Positions 26,419 through 35,474 of a stretch of 64,000 nucleotides of DNA are shown in pieces. The DNA lies in NCBI GenBank assembly GCA_050942925.1, contig JBMNOF010000001.1, positions 151,666 through 215,665 of the forward strand. The letters are read 5' to 3'. The DNA is from Candidatus Spyradocola sp. Its GTDB lineage: Bacteria > Bacillota > Clostridia > Christensenellales > UBA1750. The notes below the pieces were generated by a model that made no database searches, had not been told where the DNA came from, and was given only the letters and a program-made list of their open reading frames with translations. Numbering within the stretch: position 1 is the first letter of the stretch; every line of letters begins with the position of its first letter. Position numbers and translations under genes: made by a program.

Positions 26419-28011
26419 ATGTTTCTTTACGATACGACGCTGCGCGACGGCGCACAGGGGCAGTCTGTGACCTTTTCCCTGCAGGACAAGGAGCAGATCC
26501 TCCAGCGCCTGGACGAGGTCGGCATGCACTTTATCGAGGCGGGAAACCCGGCCAGCAATCCCCGGGACGCCGAGCTCTATGAGCGCCTGCGCACGTGGAA
26601 GCCCAAGCACGCGCGCCTTGTGGCCTTCGGCTCGACCCATCGGGTCGGCGTGCGCGCCCACGAGGACGCGGGGCTCAACGTGCTGGCGGGGGTCGGCTGC
26701 GAATGCACGGCGATCTTTGGAAAGTCTTGGGACTTCCACGTCACGGACGTCCTGCGCACGACGCTCCAGGACAACCTCAACATGATTTACGACTCCGTGC
26801 AGTTCCTCGTGCGCGCGGGCAAGACCGTTTTCTTTGACGCGGAACACTTCTTCGACGGCTATGCGGCCAATCCCCGCTACGCCATGGATACGCTCGAGGC
26901 CGCGCGCTCGGCCGGCGCGGAGTTCCTCGTGCTGTGCGATACCAACGGCGGCACGCTCCCCGAGGACATCCGCAATACCGTCGCCGCGGTCTGCGAGCGC
27001 TATGCCGGACACGTGGGCATTCACTGCCACAACGACAGCGGCGTTGCCGTGGCCGGGTCGCTTACGGCGGTGCGCATGGGCGCCACCATGGTGCAGGGCA
27101 CGATCAACGGCTTGGGGGAGCGGTGCGGCAACGCGGATCTGTGCTCGGTCATCCCGAACCTCGTCTTGAAGATGAAGGTGGACTGCTTCCCCGCCCTGCA
27201 CGAGATCACGGGGCTCTCGCACTTTGTAAGCTCCGTGGCCAACCTCTCCCACGACGGGCGGATGCCCTACGTCGGCCAGTCGGCGTTCACCCATAAGGGC
27301 GGCATGCACATCGACGGCGTGCTCAAGAATCCCCGCACCTTTGAGCACATCCGCCCGGAGGACGTGGGCAACTCCCGCTCCTTTGTCATCTCGGACCTGG
27401 CGGGAAGAAACAGCCTCATCAACCGCATCCACGAGGTGGACCCCACCGTGGAAAAGGATTCGCCCATCGTCCAGCACATCTTCCACAAGCTAAAGCAGAT
27501 GGAGTTCGAGGGCTATCACTTTGAAGACGCGGACGACTCCTTCCTGCTCATGGTGCGCAAGCAGCTCGGCCTCTATAAGCGGTTCTACGAGGTCCTGGAC
27601 TTCCAGGTCTTCTGCCAGCGGCCGGAGGACGTGACCTATACCATCGCCACCATCAAGGTGCGCGTGGACAACCAGATCGAGGTCACCGCCGCCGAGGGCG
27701 ACGGCCCGGTCAACGCGCTGGACTGCGCCCTGCGCAAGGTCCTGACCATCTTCTACCCCCAGCTGGAAAGGCTGCGCCTTACGGACTTCAAGGTCCGCGT
27801 CGTCTCCGACGGGGGCACGGCCTCCCGCGTGCGCGTCTTCATCCGCTCCACCGATGGGGAGCACAACTTCGGCACCGTCGGCGTCTCGACCTCCATTTTG
27901 CAGGCGGCCTGGACCGCGCTCGTGGACTCCATCGACGCCATGCTGCTGTGCTGCCCGCCCGAGCGCACCGAGAATTTGCAAAGCCCGGAAGAGAGAGAAC
28001 AGAAAAAATAG
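26419..28011 (+). CDS. cimA: Citramalate synthase (IPMS/homocitrate synthase superfamily)
   Basis: MFLYDTTLRDGAQGQSVTFSLQDKEQILQRLDEVGMHFIEAGNPASNPRD...HCHNDSGVAVA, with a C-terminal LeuA-dimer-like domain. Confidence 0.8.
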   Translation: MFLYDTTLRDGAQGQSVTFSLQDKEQILQRLDEVGMHFIEAGNPASNPRDAELYERLRTWKPKHARLVAFGSTHRVGVRAHEDAGLNVLAGVGCECTAIFGKSWDFHVTDVLRTTLQDNLNMIYDSVQFLVRAGKTVFFDAEHFFDGYAANPRYAMDTLEAARSAGAEFLVLCDTNGGTLPEDIRNTVAAVCERYAGHVGIHCHNDSGVAVAGSLTAVRMGATMVQGTINGLGERCGNADLCSVIPNLVLKMKVDCFPALHEITGLSHFVSSVANLSHDGRMPYVGQSAFTHKGGMHIDGVLKNPRTFEHIRPEDVGNSRSFVISDLAGRNSLINRIHEVDPTVEKDSPIVQHIFHKLKQMEFEGYHFEDADDSFLLMVRKQLGLYKRFYEVLDFQVFCQRPEDVTYTIATIKVRVDNQIEVTAAEGDGPVNALDCALRKVLTIFYPQLERLRLTDFKVRVVSDGGTASRVRVFIRSTDGEHNFGTVGVSTSILQAAWTALVDSIDAMLLCCPPERTENLQSPEEREQKK

Positions 28012-28035
28012 AAAAAGAACGTTGGAGGGTTTCAC

Positions 28036-28995
28036 ATGAACAAGAGAGTCTGCGTGGTGGGCTGCGACCTGGGTCCCGGCCCCATGGCCTACCTGCGGGA
28101 GCAGTTCCCGGAGTTTGAATTTCTCGCCTATCCCCGGGGCGCCAAGGTGCCGGACGAGGTCCTCGAGCGCGCCGAGGTGCTCATGAACTACGGCGACAAG
28201 TCGCAGATCGCCCCGGCCAAGAACGTGCGCTATATCCACACCATCTCCGCCGGCATCGACGGCTACATCGACGAGGTGGACCGCTGCCACGGCAGCGCCC
28301 TGCCCGTGACCAACGGCGCCGGCGTCTACAGCGACGCGGTCGGCGAGCACGTCATCGCCCTTTTGATGGCCGTCCTGCACGGCATTGTCCCCGCCGTGCG
28401 GAACATGGAGGAGAAACAGTGGCCCTCCATCCCCATGCTCGGCAACGTCAACGGCAAGACCGTCGCGGTCCTGGGCACGGGCGACATCGGCAACAACGCC
28501 GGGCGCATCTGCGCGGCCATGGGCGCGCGCGTGCTGGGATTTAAGCTCCACGCCTGCGAGCCCTTCCCGCCCTATTCGGAGATCTATACCGGCGACGACG
28601 GCTTGGACGAAATCCTGCAAAAGGCCGACATCGTGCTCGTCTGCCTGCCCGGCTCGCCCTTTACCAAGGACATGCTGGACACCCGGCGCATCCGCCTCAT
28701 GAAGGCGGGCAGCGTGCTGGTCAACATCGGCAGAGGCTCCATCGTCAATACCGAGGCCCTGATGGAGGCCCTGCGCTCCGGCCACATCGCCGCCGCCGGC
28801 CTGGACGTCACCGATCCCGAGCCCTTGCCGCCGGACCATCCCCTGTGGACCTGTCCGAACGTCCTCATCACCCCGCACATCTCCGGTTTGGGCGCGTCCA
28901 AGCAGAAGCACGCCGAGTGGTTCGCCGAAAACCTTCGCGCCTACTTGGAGGGGCGCCCCCAGCCAGGCGCGGTCAACCGCGAGATGAAATACTAA
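28036..28995 (+). CDS. D-isomer-specific 2-hydroxyacid dehydrogenase family protein
   Basis: The NAD-binding motif is GKTVAVLGTGDIGNNAG. The catalytic region is NIGRGSIV...ITPHISG. Confidence 0.85.
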   Translation: MNKRVCVVGCDLGPGPMAYLREQFPEFEFLAYPRGAKVPDEVLERAEVLMNYGDKSQIAPAKNVRYIHTISAGIDGYIDEVDRCHGSALPVTNGAGVYSDAVGEHVIALLMAVLHGIVPAVRNMEEKQWPSIPMLGNVNGKTVAVLGTGDIGNNAGRICAAMGARVLGFKLHACEPFPPYSEIYTGDDGLDEILQKADIVLVCLPGSPFTKDMLDTRRIRLMKAGSVLVNIGRGSIVNTEALMEALRSGHIAAAGLDVTDPEPLPPDHPLWTCPNVLITPHISGLGASKQKHAEWFAENLRAYLEGRPQPGAVNREMKY

Positions 28996-29035
28996 AAAAA
29001 CATGGCAGATTTGCAGAATCTGCCATGTTTTTTTC
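28996..29035 (+). terminator. Intrinsic terminator
   Basis: CATGGCAGAT-ttgcaga-ATCTGCCATG followed by T7. Confidence 0.85.
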
Positions 29036-29140
29036 TCTTGTCGGGTTTTCCGGACAAGATGTAGGGCCAACCCGGTAGACGAAAGGAACCGCTTTGCCGT
29101 ATACTCCTTGCAGAAAGAATGCTAAAGCGAGGAAACAGCC

Positions 29141-29887
29141 ATGACATTTTCCGAAAACCTCATAAGAGAGCGCAAGGCGCGCAACCTCTCCCAGGAGAGA
29201 CTCGCAGAGCTGGTGGGCGTCTCCCGGCAGACCGTCTCCCAGTGGGAGAATGGATACACCGAGCCGGATCTGACGCGGCTGCGCCGCCTTGCGGAGCTGT
29301 TTGACCTGTCCCTGGATGAACTGGTCGAAGGGCCGCGCCCGAAAGCGGAGCCCGCGCAGGAGGAGCCGGCCGCCGCCTGGAGGGTGACGCGCCGCGGCAG
29401 CGTGTACACAATCCAGTGGGAGTACAAAAGCCGGCACACGCTCTTTGGCCTGCCGCTGGTGCACATCCGCTTCGGACGCGGCGTCGCCACCGGCATCCTC
29501 GCCATCGGCAACGTCGCCCGCGGCGTGGTGGCCATCGGGGCCATCTCGGCCGGGCTTCTGTCCTTTGGCGGCGTCTCGGTCGGGCTCCTCCTCTCCCTGG
29601 GCGGCCTTTCCGTGGGCAGCGTGGCCGTGGGCGGCCTCTCGGTGGGCGGACTTGCGCTGGGGGGATTAGCCGTCGGGATCTACGCATTGGGCGGTTTTGC
29701 GGTGGGCGCGCGCGTCGCCGCCGGAGGAGCGGCCATGGGCGCCATCGCCATCGGCGACCAGCCCATGGGCGAAACGGTCTTTGACATCAAGAACGCCTAC
29801 CCGGAGGGCGCCGTGCGCGCAGCCATCCTTTCCCGCTTCCCCGGAACGCCCGACTTCCTGGTCCGCCTCTTTGAGGCGCTGCTCTGA
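29141..29887 (+). CDS. XRE-family HTH protein fused to a glycine-zipper-like repeat membrane domain
   Basis: The N-terminus is LSQERLAELVGVSRQTVSQWENG. The C-terminal half consists of repeats such as GGVSVG, GGLSVG and GGLALG. Confidence 0.8.
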   Translation: MTFSENLIRERKARNLSQERLAELVGVSRQTVSQWENGYTEPDLTRLRRLAELFDLSLDELVEGPRPKAEPAQEEPAAAWRVTRRGSVYTIQWEYKSRHTLFGLPLVHIRFGRGVATGILAIGNVARGVVAIGAISAGLLSFGGVSVGLLLSLGGLSVGSVAVGGLSVGGLALGGLAVGIYALGGFAVGARVAAGGAAMGAIAIGDQPMGETVFDIKNAYPEGAVRAAILSRFPGTPDFLVRLFEALL

Positions 29888-29957
29888 TCTGGAAGGATTG
29901 CAAAAGCGGCCTGCACCGTGTATCATGGAGAAAAAGAAAAAATAGGGGGATTGGCAA

Positions 29958-30905
29958 ATGGGAGTCTACGTTGGGCTCGACATCGGCGGAACCAAGTGCG
30001 CCGCCGTGATCGGCGCGCTGGAGGGAGAGGACATTCACATCCTTGCGCGGGAGGCGTTCGCAACGCCCCGCGCACAGGAGGAGGCCATGGAGCGCCTCTG
30101 CGGATTGGCCGGAAAGCTATCCGCGGGGCAGGAGATCTTGGGCGTGGGCATCAGCTCCGGCGGCCCGATGGACGCGGAAACCGGGGTTCTGTGCAACCCA
30201 CCGAACCTGCCCGGGTGGAGCGGGCTGTCGCTCACGGACTTTGTCTCCGCGCGCCTGCACGCGCCGGCTGTCCTGGAAAACGACGCCAATGCCTGCGCCC
30301 TTGCCGAGTGGCGCTTTGGCGCGGGCAAGGGGAGCCGCCTCCTGCTGTTTTTGACGTTCGGCACGGGCCTTGGCGCGGGAATCGTGCACGAGGGCCGGAT
30401 TCTGCGCGGGGCGAACGGCAACGCCGGGGAGCTCGGGCACTGGCGCATGGCGGACTGCGGCCCGGCCGGGTACGGCAAGCTCGGCTCGTTTGAAGGGTTT
30501 TGCTCCGGCGGCGGCATCGCCCAGCTCGCCCGCGCATACGGCGCGGCCTGCGCCCAGCGCGGAACCCCCGTCCCCTGGATGGAGGGCGAGATCACGGCAA
30601 AGTCCGTTGCCGCCGCCGCCCACGCCGGGGATGCGGCCGCACGCGAGGTCTTTCGCGAGAGCGCGCGCGTCCTGGGACAGGGGCTGGCGCTGGCCGTGGA
30701 CCTGCTCAATCCCGACTGCATCGTCATCGGCTCCGTATATGCCCGGAGCGAGGACCTCTTTGCGCAGGAGATGCGCCGCGTCCTGGAGCGCGAAGCCCTG
30801 CCGCAATCCCTCGCGGTCTGCCGCATCTCTCCCGCGCAGCTCGGGGACCGCATCGGCGACTATGCGGCGCTCTCCCTTGCGGTGGAGGCCGGCACGCAGA
30901 AATAA
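29958..30905 (+). CDS. ROK family sugar kinase
   Basis: MGVYVGLDIGGTKCAAV...ENDANACALAEW...GELGH. Confidence 0.85.
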   Translation: MGVYVGLDIGGTKCAAVIGALEGEDIHILAREAFATPRAQEEAMERLCGLAGKLSAGQEILGVGISSGGPMDAETGVLCNPPNLPGWSGLSLTDFVSARLHAPAVLENDANACALAEWRFGAGKGSRLLLFLTFGTGLGAGIVHEGRILRGANGNAGELGHWRMADCGPAGYGKLGSFEGFCSGGGIAQLARAYGAACAQRGTPVPWMEGEITAKSVAAAAHAGDAAAREVFRESARVLGQGLALAVDLLNPDCIVIGSVYARSEDLFAQEMRRVLEREALPQSLAVCRISPAQLGDRIGDYAALSLAVEAGTQK

Positions 30906-30936
30906 AAATGGCGTGCGGATGTTCTCCGCACGCCAT
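30905..30936 (-). terminator. Terminator of the repeat lipoprotein gene
   Basis: ATGGCGTGCGGA/TCCGCACGCCAT hairpin (30908-30936), followed on the minus strand by TTTTATTT. Confidence 0.7.
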
Positions 30937-30968
30937 CCTAAGAAACCACGGCAGTGGTCCCTTGCCGA

Positions 30969-31280
30969 TTAGGCCGCAGCTTCCTCAGAAGCGGTGGGCG
31001 CCTCAGAAGCAGCGGGTGCCTCAGAAGCCGTGGGCTCCTCGGAAGCAGCAGGCTCCTCAGAAGCAGCAGGCTCCTCAGAAGCAGCAGGCTCCTCGGAAAC
31101 CGTGGGCTCCTCGGACGCCGTGGGCTCCTCGGAAACCGTGGGTTCCTCAGACGCCGTGGGCTCGACAGTGGCCTCTACCGTGGGAGAAGGCTCTTCCGTA
31201 GCCTCCGGTTCCTCTGCGGTGCAGCCCGCAAAGATCCCAAGCATGGCGACACACAGCAGCAAAGAAAGAATCTTTTTCAT
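30969..31280 (-). CDS. Small lipoprotein made almost entirely of acidic hexapeptide repeats
   Basis: MKKILSLLLCVAMLGIFAGC (lipobox), followed by (E/A)EP(T/A)(V/A)S repeats. Confidence 0.7.
   Translation of the reverse strand: MKKILSLLLCVAMLGIFAGCTAEEPEATEEPSPTVEATVEPTASEEPTVSEEPTASEEPTVSEEPAASEEPAASEEPAASEEPTASEAPAASEAPTASEEAAA
30983..31162. repeat. Ten tandem copies of an 18-nt coding repeat
   Basis: The unit is CCTC(A/G)GAAGCNGNGGGNN read on the plus strand. Units 5 and 6 are identical. Confidence 0.85.
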
Positions 31281-31465
31281 ATACGTTCGCCTCCTATAGG
31301 ATGGTGAAAATCCATTCCCCCCTTTGGGGAAATGTTCATATCACAGACGCGATTCCCCCAGGGGAAGTTGCAGAGAATCTGTAAACAAAATTTATCTTTT
31401 TTGTGTACAAAAACGATGTTAAGGTTGTGTGAACAACTTAATACAACGAAATAGAGGTGAAAGAT

Positions 31466-32764
31466 ATGAATTTATTGTACTTGCACACGCACGACATGGG
31501 TCGCTACAACTCCATCTATGGGTTCGGAATTCCCACGCCAAATCTGCTCCGGGCGGCGCAGAGCTGCGCGGTTTTCCGCAACGCGCATTGCGCCGGACCG
31601 ACCTGTTCGCCCAGCCGGGCGGCGATGCTCACCGGGCAGCTTCCGCACAACAACGGCATGCTGGGCCTGGCGCACAGGGGCTTTGGGCTGTGGCACCCGG
31701 AGCAGCACCTGGCGCAGTTCCTGGGCCGCAACGGGATGGAAACGGCGCTGTGCGGCGTGCAGCACGAGGCGGCGGAGGTTTCCACGCTGGGCTATCAAAA
31801 GGTCCTCGCCCAGGGCGTGCACAGCGACGAGGAGCGCGCGGACGAGGCGGTGCGCTTCCTCTCCAGCCGCACGGCGGACAGCGCTCCCTTCTTCCTTTCC
31901 GTGGGATTTTCGGAGTCCCATCGGCCCTATGCGCAGCACACGGACATCAACCCGGACTTTGTCCAGGTGCCGGCGTGCCTGCCGGATACCGCGCAGACGC
32001 GCGCGGACATGGCCGATTACATGACAAGTGTGCGCGAGGTGGACCGCTGCATGGGCCGTGTCTTGGATGCGCTGAAAGACGCCGGGCTTTGGGACGACAC
32101 CATCCTGCTGCTGACGACGGACCACGGAATCGCCTTCCCGCACATGAAGTGCAACCTCTATGACACGGGCACGGGCGTGACGCTCTGCATCAAGCCCGCG
32201 GGAGACTGGTGCACGCCGCGCGCGCTGGATTCCCTCGTCTCCCAGTTGGACGTCTACCCCACGATCTGCGATCTTCTGCACCTGGAAAAGCCGGAGTGGC
32301 TGCAGGGAACCTCCCTCCTTCCCCTTCTGCTGGGAGAAAAGGAAGAGGTCCGCGGCGAGCTGGTGACGGAGGTCACCTACCACGCGGCCTACGAGCCCCT
32401 GCGCGCGCTGCGCACCAAGCGCTATAAGTACATCCGCCGCTTTGACGTGGAGTTCTGCCGTCCGGTCCTGCCGAACGTGGACGCCAGCCCCTCCAAGGAC
32501 GTGGTCGTTGCGGCGGGCTTTGGCGAGAAGAACCGCCCGGCCGAGGAGCTGTACGACCTGCTGCTCGACCCGGCCGAGCGCGATAACCTCGTCGGCCGCG
32601 CCGAGGCCGAGCCCATCCGCCGGGAGATGGCCGAAAGGCTGCGCGTGGCCATGGAGGCCTCGCAGGACCCCCTGTGCACCGCGCCGCGCGGCCGCGTCGC
32701 CGTGCCCGGCGCCCGCAGCAACCTGCGCAGCGACCTGGAGCCGAACGAGACGGTCTTTGAGTGA
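31466..32764 (+). CDS. Cys-type sulfatase with no signal peptide
   Basis: MNLLYLHTHDMG...CAGPTCSPSRAAMLTG, which contains the C-x-P-x-R formylglycine motif. Confidence 0.85.
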   Translation: MNLLYLHTHDMGRYNSIYGFGIPTPNLLRAAQSCAVFRNAHCAGPTCSPSRAAMLTGQLPHNNGMLGLAHRGFGLWHPEQHLAQFLGRNGMETALCGVQHEAAEVSTLGYQKVLAQGVHSDEERADEAVRFLSSRTADSAPFFLSVGFSESHRPYAQHTDINPDFVQVPACLPDTAQTRADMADYMTSVREVDRCMGRVLDALKDAGLWDDTILLLTTDHGIAFPHMKCNLYDTGTGVTLCIKPAGDWCTPRALDSLVSQLDVYPTICDLLHLEKPEWLQGTSLLPLLLGEKEEVRGELVTEVTYHAAYEPLRALRTKRYKYIRRFDVEFCRPVLPNVDASPSKDVVVAAGFGEKNRPAEELYDLLLDPAERDNLVGRAEAEPIRREMAERLRVAMEASQDPLCTAPRGRVAVPGARSNLRSDLEPNETVFE

Positions 32765-32854
32765 GGCGCTTCCCCCGCGCGGGGCCTTTACAAGTGGGCG
32801 CAGGCGGGTGTATACTCAGTTCGTATGCGCGCGTTTGGGGGAGGAAAAGAGACG

Positions 32855-34141
32855 ATGCACAATTTCATCTGGTTCCTGCAGAAGCGGAGAATCTTTTTTG
32901 GCTGGGTCATGGTGGCCTGCGGCATTTTGGTCATGTCCGTCACGCACGGCGTGGTGCAGAACTGCTTTAGCCTCTACATTAAACCCGTAACCGAGGCCTT
33001 GGGCTTCACGCGGCAGGGCTTCAGCGTCTGCCAGACGCTGACCAACGTCCTGTACATGATTATCGCCCTGTTTTCCGGAAAGATCTTTGAGCGGTTTAAG
33101 GTGCTGGGCCTGATGCGCATCGCCTGCATTGTGCTGCCGGCCGCCTATTTCTGCTATTCCTTCTGCACGCAGCTGTGGATGTTTTACGCGGTGTCGGTCG
33201 TTGTGGGCATTGCGACCTCGTTTTTGACCTTCCTGCCATTTACGCTTATCATCTCCAACTGGTTTGAGGACCGCCGCGGCTTGGCCATCGGCATCTGCTT
33301 TATGGGCAGTGGCCTGGGCGGCATGCTCTTCAATGCCCTGGCCGGCGGCTGGATCGCGGCCTTCGGTTGGACCTCGGTGTTCCGCATCCTCGCCGTCATC
33401 CAGGCGGTCGTCATGATCCCCATCCTCTATTTCGTCCTTCGCACTTCGCCGCAGGAGGTGGGGCTCCAGCCCCTGGGCAGCGGCCCGGTCGCGGCCAGCA
33501 GCCAGGGTGGCAGCGCCCCGGCCTACGGCCTTACCCTGGGCCAGGCCGTGCGCTCCTTCCGCTTCTGGGCGCTGATCCTCACGGCGCTCATCGTGGGGTT
33601 GACCTCCACCATGCTCTCCAACACCATCGTGCCCCACCTGAGCGACATCGGCTACGCCGCCACCTATGCCTCCGGCGTCATGTCCTGCTACATGGGTCTG
33701 CTCGCCGTTTGCAAAATCCTCCTGGGCGGCATGTACGACCGCCTCGGCATGCGCAAGAGCACGTTCATCTCCGTGGCCGCCATCCTGGTCGGCCTCCTGG
33801 GCCTGTACTTCGGCGGCTTCCAGCCCATGCACATCTTGGTCGTCGCGGGCGCTGCGCTGGGCTGCGCGGTGGGCACCGTGGCCTACCCCATCCTCACCCA
33901 GTCGGCCTTTGGCACTCGAGCCTATGCCACCATCTACGGCATCATTACCGCGGCCAACTCCCTCGCCTGCTCGGTCTGTCCCATCTTTACCAACTCGGTC
34001 TACGACGGGACGGGCTCCTATAAAATGGCGCTCTTGACCAGCATCGTCTTGACGGCCGCCGTGCTCGGCCTGCTCTTCACCATCCGGCCCCTGCGCCCGG
34101 AAGAGATGAATTGTAAACCCAATATGGACAATGTGGCCTGA
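32855..34141 (+). CDS. MFS transporter
   Basis: 428 aa with about 12 predicted TM helices. SD GGGGGAGGAAAAG. Confidence 0.85.
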   Translation: MHNFIWFLQKRRIFFGWVMVACGILVMSVTHGVVQNCFSLYIKPVTEALGFTRQGFSVCQTLTNVLYMIIALFSGKIFERFKVLGLMRIACIVLPAAYFCYSFCTQLWMFYAVSVVVGIATSFLTFLPFTLIISNWFEDRRGLAIGICFMGSGLGGMLFNALAGGWIAAFGWTSVFRILAVIQAVVMIPILYFVLRTSPQEVGLQPLGSGPVAASSQGGSAPAYGLTLGQAVRSFRFWALILTALIVGLTSTMLSNTIVPHLSDIGYAATYASGVMSCYMGLLAVCKILLGGMYDRLGMRKSTFISVAAILVGLLGLYFGGFQPMHILVVAGAALGCAVGTVAYPILTQSAFGTRAYATIYGIITAANSLACSVCPIFTNSVYDGTGSYKMALLTSIVLTAAVLGLLFTIRPLRPEEMNCKPNMDNVA

Positions 34142-34159
34142 TTGTCAACCACACTTCTT

Positions 34160-34187
34160 AACCCGCTCTTCACAGAGCGGGTTTTTT
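34160..34187 (+). terminator. Intrinsic terminator
   Basis: AACCCGCTCT-tcac-AGAGCGGGTT followed by TTTT. Confidence 0.85.
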
Positions 34188-34272
34188 GCAAGTCCGAACG
34201 CGGAAAAAATGCAAAATTCGCCTTCTGAAGCGACAAATATATCAAAAACCGCATAATTCCTGCTTTTTTTTC

Positions 34273-34340
34273 TTGACTTTGCGGTGATAAAGTTATAAAC
34301 TAATCAATAATAAATTATTACCGCTGATAATAATTTATTA
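34273..34340 (+). promoter_or_regulatory. Promoter plus AT-rich inverted-repeat operator ahead of the YheO-like regulator
   Basis: TTGACT at 34273-34278 with a -10 around 34294-34301. The inverted repeat is TAATAAATTATTA (34308-34320), 7 nt, TAATAATTTATTA (34328-34340). Confidence 0.45.
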
Positions 34341-34368
34341 ACTGCTTTCTCAAGAAAAGGAGACGCGC

Positions 34369-35022
34369 ATGAACCCAAGGCTGCAGGGGTATGTCCCACT
34401 GGTGAATTTTATTGCGGAGGTGGTCGGCCCAAGTTGTGAAGTGGTGCTGCACGACCTGAGCGATCTGGAGCATTCCGTCGTGGCCATCAGCGACAACCGG
34501 CTGACGGACCGGCAGATCGGCAGCAGCATCACGGACTTTGCCCTGCGGGTTTTGCAAAATGGGTGCGACCGGGAACAGGATTACGTCACCAACTACGCGG
34601 GAAAGCCGCAGGATCGGGATCGCACCTTCCGGTCCTCGACGCTGTTTGTCAAGGACGACGAGGGAAACACCATCGGCATGCTGTGCGTGAACGTGGACAT
34701 CACGGACCTGCGCGCGGCGCGCGAGGCGATGGATAAGTTCCTGCTTCTGGACAAGATGTTCGCCCTGGACGAGCGGCAGAAAGCGCACGAAACCTACGCC
34801 GAGAGCGTGGGCGATCTCTTGGAGAATTTGATCCGCGAAACGCGCGCGCAGTTTTCCGCCTCGCCGGAGAGCTTGGGCGTCGCGGAGAAGCGCCGGTTCA
34901 TCGCCGTCCTCTCGCAGAAGGGCGGGTTCCTGCTCAAGGGCGCGGTCAACCGCGCGGCCTCGGTCCTCGGGGTATCGGAGCAGACGGTGTACCGGTACCT
35001 AAAGGACATTTCGTGCGCCTGA
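34369..35022 (+). CDS. YheO-like (PAS-like sensor plus C-terminal HTH) transcriptional regulator
   Basis: [20 protein letters not shown]...GMLCVNVDI...[24 protein letters not shown]. Confidence 0.8.
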   Translation: MNPRLQGYVPLVNFIAEVVGPSCEVVLHDLSDLEHSVVAISDNRLTDRQIGSSITDFALRVLQNGCDREQDYVTNYAGKPQDRDRTFRSSTLFVKDDEGNTIGMLCVNVDITDLRAAREAMDKFLLLDKMFALDERQKAHETYAESVGDLLENLIRETRAQFSASPESLGVAEKRRFIAVLSQKGGFLLKGAVNRAASVLGVSEQTVYRYLKDISCA

Positions 35023-35074
35023 CACCATGCCAATCACAGTTTTTTCAATTTATATGGAAAGAGGGAAAATCACA

Positions 35075-35457
35075 ATGAAACAGCGCATCCACACGGATAA
35101 GGCCCCCGCGGCCATCGGCCCCTACTCCCAGGCGGTTCTGGCTGGGAACTTCCTCTATGTCTCCGGTCAGCTTCCGCTGGACCCGGTCTCCGGCGCGATG
35201 GTCGGCGAAACGGCCGCTGAGCAGGCGGAGCAGTCCCTGAAAACCTGTCCGCCATCCTGGCGGGCGCCGGCATGACGATGGACAACGTCGTCAAGACCAC
35301 GGTGCTCCTGCACGACATCGCGGACTTTGGCTCCGTCAACGAGGTCTATGCCAAGTATTTCACCGGCGACGTGCTCCCGGCCCGCGCGGCGTTCGCGGTG
35401 CGCGACCTGCCCAAGGGCGCCAAGGTAGAAATTGAACTGGTCGCCTACAAGGATTGA
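35075..35457 (+). pseudogene. ridA: RidA/YjgF family deaminase split by a -1 frameshift in an A-run
   Basis: Track ORFs 35027..35275 and 35272..35457 are the N- and C-halves. The reading ...AEQSLK then changes frame at AAAA (35240-35243). One extra A would restore [22 protein letters not shown]. Confidence 0.75.
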
Positions 35458-35474
35458 GCGGGAGGGACAAGAGC

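Noticed and set aside
27490-29070. 526-aa minus-strand ORF
   Set aside because: Antisense shadow of cimA and the 2-hydroxyacid dehydrogenase.
30983-31162. Regular 18-nt repeats as a possible CRISPR array
   Set aside because: The units are contiguous with no spacers, are only 18 nt long and are in frame within a lipoprotein gene. They are a coding tandem repeat.
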